Of a DNA stretch of 64,000 bases, positions 56,255 through 64,000 are shown in pieces (the first letter of the stretch is position 1; each line of letters begins with the position of its first letter). The DNA is taken from assembly GCA_963850905.1 (NCBI GenBank), contig CAWKMU010000003.1, positions 1,856,001 through 1,920,000 on the forward strand, in the 5' to 3' direction. Origin of the DNA: an uncultured Gemmatimonadales bacterium (lineage in GTDB: Bacteria; Gemmatimonadota; Gemmatimonadetes; Gemmatimonadales; Gemmatimonadaceae). A program made the translations under genes and the position numbers. A model generated the notes under the pieces. That model had not been told where the DNA came from. It made no database searches and saw only the letters and a program-made list of their open reading frames with translations.

Positions 56255-57505
56255 TCAGAGCGCGAACGCGGCGCTCGTCGTGGTGTCGTCGGAAAGCAGC
56301 AGGGCGTGCAGGACCTCGCCCGCATCGGCAACCACACAGTCCTCGGGGACGACGAGTAAGGCGTTGGCGAGTGACATGGACGTCAGGATTGCGGAGCCCT
56401 GGCGCCCTGTGAGTCGAGCCCGGGCCACCCCATCCTCACCAATTCGGACAACAGCGCGGAGAAAATGGGTCAGTGGGGCCGCGATCCTCACGGGCTCCTC
56501 GAGCACCACGGGGATGGGTCGCCGGAAGAGACGGGTGTGCCCCATCATTCGACGGATGACCGGTCGAACGAAGAGCTCGAAGGTGACGAGCGCGGACACG
56601 GGGTTCCCTGGAAGGCCGATCCACGGCATGCGCCCGAGCCACCCAAAGCCGAGTGGAGCTCCGGGACGCATGCGCACCCTCCAGAACTTCATGTCGGCGC
56701 CGAGCGCGGCGATGACCTGGCGCGTATAGTCGAATTCCCCGACCGATACGCCCGCAGTCGTGACGAGTAGATCGCATCCGGCGCTGCGCCCCAGGATGTC
56801 CTGCAGCGCTGCAGGTGCATCGGGCGCGACGCCGAGATTCACCGGGTCGGCGCCAGCCATACGGACGGCGGCGTGCAGCGAGTAGTTGTTGGATGAGACG
56901 CTGCGGTGGCCCGTGGCGGCCTCGCTGAAGTGATCGAGATCGACCAACTCGTCGCCCGAACCGACGATCGCCACGCGCGGCTTGCGGTGCACGTCCACGA
57001 CGGAGGCCCCGATGGAGGCCAAGATCCCGATCTGTGCGGCGCCGATAACCGCTCCAGGCGAGAACAGTGTATCGCCCTCGTGGAAATCCTCGCCTCGGGG
57101 TCGCACGTTGCGCTGGGCGTCGCGTGCGTCGGCGATCGCGACCCGCTCGATACCGCCATCGGTATCCTCGACGCGGATGACCGAGTCCGCGCCCTCGGGC
57201 ATCGGCGCGCCTGTCATGATCCGCGTCGCAGTGGCAGGGCCTACGGGAACCGTCGGAAACCGGCCTGCAGCAACGGTCTCGAGCACGTGCAACACGACCG
57301 GCGACTCACCAGACGCTGTGGCCACATCCTCCGCGCGCACTGCGTAGCCGTCCATTGCCGCGTTGTCCCAGGCGGGCAGCGTGAGGGGCGCGGCGACCGT
57401 CGTGGCGAGCACCCGACCGAGCGTGTCGAGAAGGGCGACCCGCTCGACGGCGCATGGACGGATGTCCGCGAGGACCGAGGCGACGGCTTCGGGGACGGAC
57501 AGCAC
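56255..57505 (-). CDS. moeA: Molybdopterin molybdotransferase
   Basis: GRVLA, AMDGYAV, RIMTGAPMPEGAD, GDEL, GVSVG.FD, MRPG.P, GLPGNPVSA. Confidence 0.96.
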   Translation of the reverse strand: MLSVPEAVASVLADIRPCAVERVALLDTLGRVLATTVAAPLTLPAWDNAAMDGYAVRAEDVATASGESPVVLHVLETVAAGRFPTVPVGPATATRIMTGAPMPEGADSVIRVEDTDGGIERVAIADARDAQRNVRPRGEDFHEGDTLFSPGAVIGAAQIGILASIGASVVDVHRKPRVAIVGSGDELVDLDHFSEAATGHRSVSSNNYSLHAAVRMAGADPVNLGVAPDAPAALQDILGRSAGCDLLVTTAGVSVGEFDYTRQVIAALGADMKFWRVRMRPGAPLGFGWLGRMPWIGLPGNPVSALVTFELFVRPVIRRMMGHTRLFRRPIPVVLEEPVRIAAPLTHFLRAVVRIGEDGVARARLTGRQGSAILTSMSLANALLVVPEDCVVADAGEVLHALLLSDDTTTSAAFAL

Positions 57506-57506
57506 G

Positions 57507-59168
57507 TCAGCGCCGATTGAGTGACATCGAGGCGAGTCGGACCGCAATGGCGTCCTGAACCTGTTCGACCTCCTGCACGGGCACCGTCCAGTTGTTGCAG
57601 AGGAAACTGAAGATGAGCCTGCCGCCGTCTGTCGTCGTCACGTAGCCCGACAGAGATCGGGCGCGGTCGACGAAACCAGTTTTCGCGTGCACGTTCCCCG
57701 CCGCGGCCGTGCCGCGCATCCGGTCGGAGATCGTTCCGTCGACGCCGGCGATGGGGAGGGCATCGTACAGCACATGGAACGCGGTGTCGTGCTGCATCGT
57801 GGCGAGAACGCGCACGAGCGTGGCCGGCGCCAGGTAGTCGTGGCGCGACAGTCCGCTCCCGTCCCGAATCACGAACTCATCCGGCGCCGCGCCCCAGGCC
57901 GTCAATTGGGATTCGACGACGCGCCGCCCGCTATCGGCCGATCCGACGCCGGTTCGTTCCAGGCCCAATGTCTTGAGAAGAATCTCCGCGATCTGGTTCT
58001 GGGAAGGCTTGAGCAACGCGGGCAGGATGTCACGCAGCGGCGGTGACACGAGCGTAAACACCGTGTCGCCCTCCGCCGACCGCGGGGGCGCGACGACGCC
58101 CAGCCGCGCAGCGTGCGCTGACGGTTCGTCCTGGGGCGGCAACACTGGCGCTGCGCGCAGACGGATCCCCCGCTGCCGAAGCGCGCTCGCAACGGCGTAC
58201 AGGTAGGCGGTGGCTTGGTCGGGGTAGGTGACGAGCAGCGTATTCGTGTCGCTCGGGGCGACCGTGCCGTCGATCGTGAGCGCACCACGCGCCGGATCGT
58301 ACGCCGCTGTGAGCTCAGCGGTCGGCGTCGCCCCACCGGGCGCTGCGGACATCACGCGGGAGTTTACGCGGGGATAGTCGGCAATCGGCGCGGTCGTGAT
58401 TCGAGCGGGCGATCCGGGATGGCGTGATCCCCGAATCGCGATCGTGGTAAAACCTTCATTGAAGAACAGTTCGTCGACGCCCGCTGCGTAGGGCTGCGTC
58501 AAATCGTCCCAATCCCAGCCAAACCCCACGTCCGCATCGGGGAACGCATCGCCGCCGCTGACGATGTGACCCGTGATGCGACGAATGCCGTGCGCTGCCA
58601 GCGAGTCCGCGGCAGCGCGTAGCGGCATCATGGCGTCGTGCATCATGTGGTCGCTGACGGTCGGATCTCCGCGGCCAATTACCACCAGGTCGCCGACCAA
58701 TGTGCCGTCATGTATCCGACCGCGCGCGACGAACGCTGTCCGGAAACGGAAGTCAGGGCCAAGCTGGGTCAACGCCACGGAGCTCGTGATCACCTTCATG
58801 TTGGAGGCGGGGAGGAACAGTCGATGCGCGTTGCGCGCGTAGAGGGTGTCTCCGCTGGCCGGATCGACGATCAACACACCCCAGAAGGCGTTGTGGAAGC
58901 GCGGATCATCGAGCAGGGAATCGATGCTCTGCCTGAGCTCCGCCACCGCGATGCGGCGAGGTGGCGCCATCGCGGCTGTTTCCGGTGCGGCTACGACAAC
59001 GGTGGGCGTCGGCGTCGGGGGCGTCGCTGGTCGCGGCGTCGCAGGCGCGCACGCGATGGCCGCCACCACGCCCTCGACGACCGCACCGGCGACGGCGGCG
59101 TGCCAACCCGGGCGGCGTGACCGTCGGAGACGCCCGGGCCAGAGCGAAGAGAACACGACAGACTTCAT
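57507..59168 (-). CDS. dacB: D-Ala-D-Ala carboxypeptidase/endopeptidase (PBP4, peptidase S13)
   Basis: PASNMK (SxxK), GDPT, SQN (SxN), DGSGLSR, AKTG (KTG). ATGA overlap with mobA. Confidence 0.95.
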   Translation of the reverse strand: MKSVVFSSLWPGRLRRSRRPGWHAAVAGAVVEGVVAAIACAPATPRPATPPTPTPTVVVAAPETAAMAPPRRIAVAELRQSIDSLLDDPRFHNAFWGVLIVDPASGDTLYARNAHRLFLPASNMKVITSSVALTQLGPDFRFRTAFVARGRIHDGTLVGDLVVIGRGDPTVSDHMMHDAMMPLRAAADSLAAHGIRRITGHIVSGGDAFPDADVGFGWDWDDLTQPYAAGVDELFFNEGFTTIAIRGSRHPGSPARITTAPIADYPRVNSRVMSAAPGGATPTAELTAAYDPARGALTIDGTVAPSDTNTLLVTYPDQATAYLYAVASALRQRGIRLRAAPVLPPQDEPSAHAARLGVVAPPRSAEGDTVFTLVSPPLRDILPALLKPSQNQIAEILLKTLGLERTGVGSADSGRRVVESQLTAWGAAPDEFVIRDGSGLSRHDYLAPATLVRVLATMQHDTAFHVLYDALPIAGVDGTISDRMRGTAAAGNVHAKTGFVDRARSLSGYVTTTDGGRLIFSFLCNNWTVPVQEVEQVQDAIAVRLASMSLNRR

Positions 59169-59773
59169 GACGACTCCGTTGGGTGCCATTGGTCGGCTCG
59201 CATCAAATCATCCGGTGTATTGACACTGAGAAAAGTGCGCGTTGGGTCGCCGAATCGGGCGACGACCCGTGCATCGAGGTGCGCCACGCGGACATCCTCG
59301 TAGAACGCGATCGCCCGCCGGTCCCCGGCGTCGAGTCGACGCTCGATGGCAGTCAGGCATGCCGGCGTATAGTACGCGCAGAGCGGCTCCAGTCCATGCG
59401 CGGCGTCGCCACGAGGGACCGCGACATCGAATCCCTGCTCGCCGAGCGCGCGCAGCGCTGTAAGCAGCCCTGCTGGCACGAACGGCATGTCCCACGCGAC
59501 GACGAGCACTGGCGACCCGACGCGCTCGATCGCCGCATGGATGCCGCCCAGGGCGCCCTCACCCGGCCGCGGGTCGGTCGCGACCCGCACTCCGGGGAGC
59601 CAGCTCGCCGCACCGGGATCGTTGGCCACCAACAGCAAATCGTCCGTTGCCTCACGCAGCGCGGCAGCGACGCGATCGATGATCCGCACGCCATCGACCC
59701 GCTCGAGTCCTTTCGGCCGGCCAGCGAACCGCGTCGCCAGCCCACCCGCCAGCACGACCCCCGTGCACCGCAT
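59165..59773 (-). CDS. mobA: Molybdenum cofactor guanylyltransferase
   Basis: VLAGG.ATRF..PK, G.LGGI, DMPF, EPLCAYY, VNTPDD. Confidence 0.92.
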   Translation of the reverse strand: MRCTGVVLAGGLATRFAGRPKGLERVDGVRIIDRVAAALREATDDLLLVANDPGAASWLPGVRVATDPRPGEGALGGIHAAIERVGSPVLVVAWDMPFVPAGLLTALRALGEQGFDVAVPRGDAAHGLEPLCAYYTPACLTAIERRLDAGDRRAIAFYEDVRVAHLDARVVARFGDPTRTFLSVNTPDDLMRADQWHPTESS

Positions 59774-59784
59774 GTCAGGCGTGG

Positions 59785-59816
59785 TCTCCTTTCTCCCCTC
59801 TCCCTTCTCCTCTCTA
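59785..59816 (-). repeat. Purine heptamer run (ARRGGAG)4 immediately after the queD stop
   Basis: Minus strand reads TAG AGAGGAG AAGGGAG AGGGGAG AAAGGAG; same family as the 18631-18650 arm. Confidence 0.75.
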
Positions 59817-60254
59817 CGGTCGCGCAGCGACCGTCGCCCAGAGGCGATCGTCTTCGGCCACGCGCACCTCGCTCACGTGCACGCCCTCGGTCTCCCTGCC
59901 GAGCGCGCGCTGCACGCGCTCGAGAATCCAGCGTGCCAGATTCTCGCTGGTCGGGATCTCACGGCCGTCCGCGAACTCCGGTACGTCCAGATTGAGATTT
60001 CGATGGTCGAGCGGCCGTTGGATTTCGTCGGCAAGCACGCGATCGAACCGGACGAGGTCGATGACCATGCCGGTGACTTCGTTGATCTGCCCGACGACGG
60101 TCACGTCGCAGACATACGTATGGCCGTGGTAGTGAGGTCGCGCGCACAGCCCGAATACCGCCTCGTTCCGCGCCGCGTCCCATTCGGGCCAATGATACCG
60201 GTGAGCGGCAGCAAACACGATCCGTCGAGTGAGCGACGCCGTGAGTGCGGTCAC
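59814..60254 (-). CDS. queD: 6-pyruvoyl/6-carboxy-tetrahydropterin synthase family
   Basis: F.AAHR...W....N..VFG.C...HYHGHTY, TGMVIDL, LDHRNLN, PTSENLA, V.E. Confidence 0.9.
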   Translation of the reverse strand: MTALTASLTRRIVFAAAHRYHWPEWDAARNEAVFGLCARPHYHGHTYVCDVTVVGQINEVTGMVIDLVRFDRVLADEIQRPLDHRNLNLDVPEFADGREIPTSENLARWILERVQRALGRETEGVHVSEVRVAEDDRLWATVAARP

Positions 60255-60264
60255 GTGAGCGCGG

Positions 60265-61005
60265 TCAGTGGAAGAGCTGGTACGACATGCCGAACGTCAG
60301 GAGTCCGTTGCTGCGCCACCCGGACAAGTGCCGTCCGGTCGCAATTACCTGCGTGCCGTCGATCGCCGTCGTGTGATACGTCGCCGGGTAGTGGTACGGC
60401 CAGAGGTAGCCGTTCATGTCGAGGTGGGCACTGAAGCGCCCAGGTGGGACCCAGCGGAACCCGCCACCATACGTCGCCGCGAAGGTCGTGCCGAATCGGT
60501 AACCGCCTACATCGCGGGTTGCTCCCAGATCCGAGACGGCGGCAGGCCCGGCCCCAAAGTACGGCATGAGATTGTGCCACGAGCGGTCGCCCGTAAAGTT
60601 GAGCCCCAGATTGAGGTCGAACATCGTCAATCCGTCGTCCCGAGTGCCGACCGTTCGGAGCGCCTCTGGCGAACTTGGGTCGATCACCGAGCGCTGGGAA
60701 AAGGCGTGTGTGAGGCGAGTGTAGAAGATCGCGGGACCGCCCAAGTGGACCAGCTCACGCAATCCGACGACCGGCGCATCTTGAGGCTGCACACCCGCCA
60801 GGTCCTTGCTGGTGAAGAGGTACCCGGTGAAGATCGACAGCTCACTCGGGCTCTCGACATCGCGATAGGGGCTGTCTTCAGGCGTGTAGCCTGTAATGTT
60901 CTGGGCGGCGGTCGGGCGTGGCGCCAGGAATGCAAGCAATCCCGCCAGAACGAACACTCCCGCAACGGGAGAAAAGGCCCATCGTGTTTGGAATCGAGAA
61001 ATCAC
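60265..61005 (-). CDS. Putative outer-membrane beta-barrel protein
   Basis: Signal peptide (PTAA-Q), alternating beta strands, PYFGAG, C-terminal LTFGMSYQLF. Confidence 0.75.
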   Translation of the reverse strand: MISRFQTRWAFSPVAGVFVLAGLLAFLAPRPTAAQNITGYTPEDSPYRDVESPSELSIFTGYLFTSKDLAGVQPQDAPVVGLRELVHLGGPAIFYTRLTHAFSQRSVIDPSSPEALRTVGTRDDGLTMFDLNLGLNFTGDRSWHNLMPYFGAGPAAVSDLGATRDVGGYRFGTTFAATYGGGFRWVPPGRFSAHLDMNGYLWPYHYPATYHTTAIDGTQVIATGRHLSGWRSNGLLTFGMSYQLFH

Positions 61006-61378
61006 AGTCGAGTAAAGGAAGAAGACTGACGCGCACCACGCTCGTAGGCGACAGCCGCGTCGCCTCGTGCGCGCCGCCCGCGGTTAGTACCAGCCGGTGC
61101 GACCAGAGGTCCGTCCGATGACACCTGTGTCAACGGGGGGACGTCTCTGTTTCCCATCCAGGCGTCTGGCAGTCCCACGCCAGAGGCCGGGGCCGAGGGT
61201 CCGGCGCGTACCTGACGCGCGCACGCAAGCAGTCGTGCGCGCGCGTCCCGAGCGCGGCGGTCGTGTCTTCGCGCTCGGCCCGGGCGTCCCCGCCGTTGAG
61301 GACGACAGGGACTACCGGGCCATGTACGGACCGGACCATCTTTGCAAATGTACCGGGCGGTTGACTCCCCAACCAGCG

Positions 61379-62116
61379 ATGCGAGCCGTCTTTCTCATTC
61401 TGTCGATCAGCGCGGTCCTTGCTGCGGGTCGCTCGACACCCGTCCAAGCGCAAGCGACCAGCCATCCTGGCAAGAGTACCGCAAAGGCTAGTTCGGCGAC
61501 GCAAACGCACCACCCGACCGCGGTCGGGAAGGCCGCGTCGAGCCACACGGTGACCCACAGCACGCCGGCCAAGGCCACCGCCGCCGCCGACGAGATGACG
61601 CCCGCCAACAGCGCCGACCTGGCGTCCCTCACGGGAACCTCGCTGCGCGATGCCCCTGACGGCCGCGCATTTGCGACCCTCTCGCCCGGGGTGACCCTCG
61701 AGCCGGTTGCGCGCGATCGAGGATGGGTCCGGGTGCGCGCGGAAGGATGGGTCAAGGAAAGCGAAGTTGGGCCGCTCGATTCGAATCGAGTCGTCTTGTC
61801 GGCTGCGGACCTTCGAGCCGATCCGGAGGGCTCTCGTGGGAAACACGTGCGCTGGGAGGTCCAGGTACTCGCGATGGCGACGGCCGATCCGCTCCGCAAG
61901 GGACTCAATCCCGACGAACCCTACCTGCTCGCCCGAGGGCCGGGGTCCGAGAGTGCACTCCTCTATGTCGCCATTCCGACCGACCTGGTTGCGGCCGCGC
62001 ACAGCTTGGCCTCGCTGGCGCCTGTCCCCGTCACGCTGGCCGCGACCGTTCGACTCGGGCGGAGTGAGCCCGTCGGGGTGCCGATCCTCGAGGCACAGAG
62101 CCTGACCCGGCGGTGA
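61379..62116 (+). CDS. Secreted hypothetical protein with Ala/Thr/Ser linker and SH3b-like domain
   Basis: Signal peptide (VQA-Q); LRDAPDG...ATL..G......RDRGWVRVRAEGWV resembles bacterial SH3. Confidence 0.7.
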   Translation: MRAVFLILSISAVLAAGRSTPVQAQATSHPGKSTAKASSATQTHHPTAVGKAASSHTVTHSTPAKATAAADEMTPANSADLASLTGTSLRDAPDGRAFATLSPGVTLEPVARDRGWVRVRAEGWVKESEVGPLDSNRVVLSAADLRADPEGSRGKHVRWEVQVLAMATADPLRKGLNPDEPYLLARGPGSESALLYVAIPTDLVAAAHSLASLAPVPVTLAATVRLGRSEPVGVPILEAQSLTRR

Positions 62117-62892
62117 CGGAGCTCGCCGGCACGTCAGGAGTGGGGGCGCCGCCGCCCGATCGCGTCGTTCCACGGCATCCGCCGGGCGCGCCGGAGGACG
62201 CCGCTGCGCCGGAAAGGAAGCTCCCGGGTCCGCCCCCGTCGAGCGGTCTGGGCACGCGGCCGCGTCCAGCCAGTCGGCCGCCCCGCCCGACCGGGACGCC
62301 CATGTTGAGCCCATGGGCCTTTATCAAGGCCTATCCCTGGGTCTTCGTGGGCTTGGCTGTCGCCATCGGTGCACTGGCTGGCGGTGACGCGTGGCTCGTG
62401 TACAAGCGCCAGCAATACGAGCGCGAGGTGGAGCGACTGCGACAGGCGATGTCCGCTGTCGAGCGCCGTCGAGCCGACTACGCCTTTGCGGCCAACAAGA
62501 ATCACTTTCGCATCATGATTCAACTCATCCGGCTACAAGCCGAAGGCGACCAGGCATTGCATCTCTCGGTGGCGCTCGATCGCGGCGAGATGTACCTCGA
62601 GCGTGAGGGGATTCGGCTGCGATCGATGCCACTCCGTGTTGGGGCGGACACCGTCGTCGGTCAGGGTCCGAATGCCGTGCACGTTGCTGCGCCGCGAGGA
62701 CAGCGCACGATCGCGTCGGTCGGAGCGTGGTCGATCACGCTCGATGGCGGCACGGCGATCTATGCCGACTCCGGGATCGATGTGCTGAGCGGGGGTGCCG
62801 GCGTGACGCCCGGCAACGTGCGCATTCCGGCGACCGATCTCCAGGCGATCCTGCCCAATGTCAAGGCGGGCATGAGCGTGTACTTCTACTAG
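62113..62892 (+). CDS. L,D-transpeptidase-like protein lacking catalytic residues
   Basis: TM plus coiled coil plus YkuD-like scaffold (LSVALD..MYL, PRG, GTAIYA...TPGNVRI...DL..I...V..G..VYFY). Start 62113 or ATG 62302. Confidence 0.78.
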   Translation: MTELAGTSGVGAPPPDRVVPRHPPGAPEDAAAPERKLPGPPPSSGLGTRPRPASRPPRPTGTPMLSPWAFIKAYPWVFVGLAVAIGALAGGDAWLVYKRQQYEREVERLRQAMSAVERRRADYAFAANKNHFRIMIQLIRLQAEGDQALHLSVALDRGEMYLEREGIRLRSMPLRVGADTVVGQGPNAVHVAAPRGQRTIASVGAWSITLDGGTAIYADSGIDVLSGGAGVTPGNVRIPATDLQAILPNVKAGMSVYFY

Positions 62893-62905
62893 TAGCGCGA
62901 CGCGC

Positions 62906-63772
62906 ATGTCAGTGATCCGTACGCTGCGTCAGGGCGGCCCATTCCTCTGGATGCTGCTGCTCGTGCTAACTGGCGTTGCCGCCGGAAGTGGCGTCGTCCT
63001 CAATGGCACGCTTCGCCAGCGGTTTCTTCGCGATGTCACTCGCATGGCGTTCAACGGCAATCTCGAGTTGCTCGACAACGTCAAACGCGAGATCGGGGCT
63101 GCGCGCGACACCCTCAATCAACGACTCGCGGCGAGTGACAGTGCGCCGCCTGGCGACCGCCCGTACATCGTCGTCAGCATCAGCGACAAGCGCCTGTGGT
63201 ATCGCCAAGGCGATCGGACGCTGTTTACGACCCGTGTAGCGACGGGCACCGGAAAGGAACTCGTAAAAGAAGGACCGAACGGTGGCGTACACTGGAAATT
63301 CGACACGCCACGGGGTCGCCTCGTCGTCGAAGCCAAGGAAACGGATCCAATTTGGGTCCCTCCAGACTGGCACTACGTCGAGATGGCGAGCAAGAAGCAC
63401 CTCGCGGTCGTCAAGTTGACGCGAGGTCAGTCGATTCCGATCGGCGGAGGGGCTGTTGTCACGGTTGACGGGACAGACGTCGTGACCCGCTATCCTGACG
63501 GACGCAAGGTGCCCTTCGAGACTCACGAAGGACAGGAAATCGTCGCCAACAATGCGATCGTCATCCCGCCCTACGGGACCAACCAGCGCAAGTACGACGG
63601 AACCCTGGGCGTCAATCGCCTGTACCTTGGGGACGGATACGGCATCCATGGGACCGACGAGCCGCTCTCGATCGGTACTGCGGCGAGCCACGGCTGTGTA
63701 CGTCTCCGAAACGAGGATATCGAGACCTTGTTCCGCATCGTGCCGATCGGTACGGTCGTATACATCTACTGA
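62906..63772 (+). CDS. L,D-transpeptidase (YkuD family)
   Basis: YIVVSI...RL, VATGTG, TPRG, P.WVPPDW, YGIHGT...SIGTAASHGCVRL.N.DI..LF..VP.GT.VYIY. Confidence 0.95.
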   Translation: MSVIRTLRQGGPFLWMLLLVLTGVAAGSGVVLNGTLRQRFLRDVTRMAFNGNLELLDNVKREIGAARDTLNQRLAASDSAPPGDRPYIVVSISDKRLWYRQGDRTLFTTRVATGTGKELVKEGPNGGVHWKFDTPRGRLVVEAKETDPIWVPPDWHYVEMASKKHLAVVKLTRGQSIPIGGGAVVTVDGTDVVTRYPDGRKVPFETHEGQEIVANNAIVIPPYGTNQRKYDGTLGVNRLYLGDGYGIHGTDEPLSIGTAASHGCVRLRNEDIETLFRIVPIGTVVYIY

Positions 63773-63817
63773 GTGAGTGACAGTCGCGAATGAGCGCCCC
63801 TCGATGAGCGGTCCCGT

Positions 63818-64000
63818 GTGATCCTCCACTCGCTGCTGCTGGTCGCCCAGGTCGCCACGCCGGTGTTCGGCGCGCCTGCCGTTGCGCGCCCGGCCACTCC
63901 GCGCGCGCCGGCCACCGTCGCTGCCGACACCGGACACCTGGCGTTGAATGATTCGGCGCGCGCAGGATCCGATCTCGCGGTGGAGGCCGACACGGGCGCC
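63818..64000 (+). CDS. Start of a probable secreted protein; runs off the right edge
   Basis: GTG start, MILHSLLLVAQVATPVFGAPAVARPATPRAPA..., open to the window end and co-directional with the LDT cluster. Confidence 0.55.
   Translation, partial: MILHSLLLVAQVATPVFGAPAVARPATPRAPATVAADTGHLALNDSARAGSDLAVEADTGA

Noticed and set aside
1..64000. tRNA, rRNA, integrase, transposase or prophage genes
   Set aside because: None recognised by eye in intergenic regions or ORF translations; a tRNAscan-SE/Infernal run is needed to exclude small RNAs formally.

Overview
High-GC bacterial chromosomal segment. SusC/SusD in a high-GC genome, an Fo-plus-delta atp cluster and many secreted peptidases suggest Gemmatimonadota, but this is inferred and not verified. 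There are about 63 CDS; I saw no rRNA, tRNA, CRISPR array or transposase. Left half (1-37 kb): a partial CHASE3 histidine kinase, a heavily frameshifted SusC/SusD pair (probably long-read indels), and a run of peptide and amino-acid scavenging genes (DmpA, amidohydrolase, isoaspartyl peptidase, two S9 peptidases, two APC permeases, an aminotransferase, an AKR-RidA fusion). It also holds an orphan WtpA-like binding protein, panE, mscL and moxR. At about 37.35 kb a short AT-rich island with DnaA boxes (candidate oriC or DnaA-controlled promoter) precedes atpZ/I-B-E-F-H, with no atpAGDC. Right half: cupin, sugar nucleotidyltransferase, M20 peptidase, cstA-ybdD, an icd-like dehydrogenase, acyl-CoA dehydrogenase, GT39, etfBA and ETF-QO, queD-mobA-dacB-moeA, and an active plus catalytically dead L,D-transpeptidase pair. 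The most striking non-coding signal is about 10 intergenic elements made of period-7 tandem repeats, often inverted around hairpins and abutting stop codons. They include a GGGCGC-N3-4-GCGCCCGAGARAG palindromic family, and there is one GTAG-type REP doublet.
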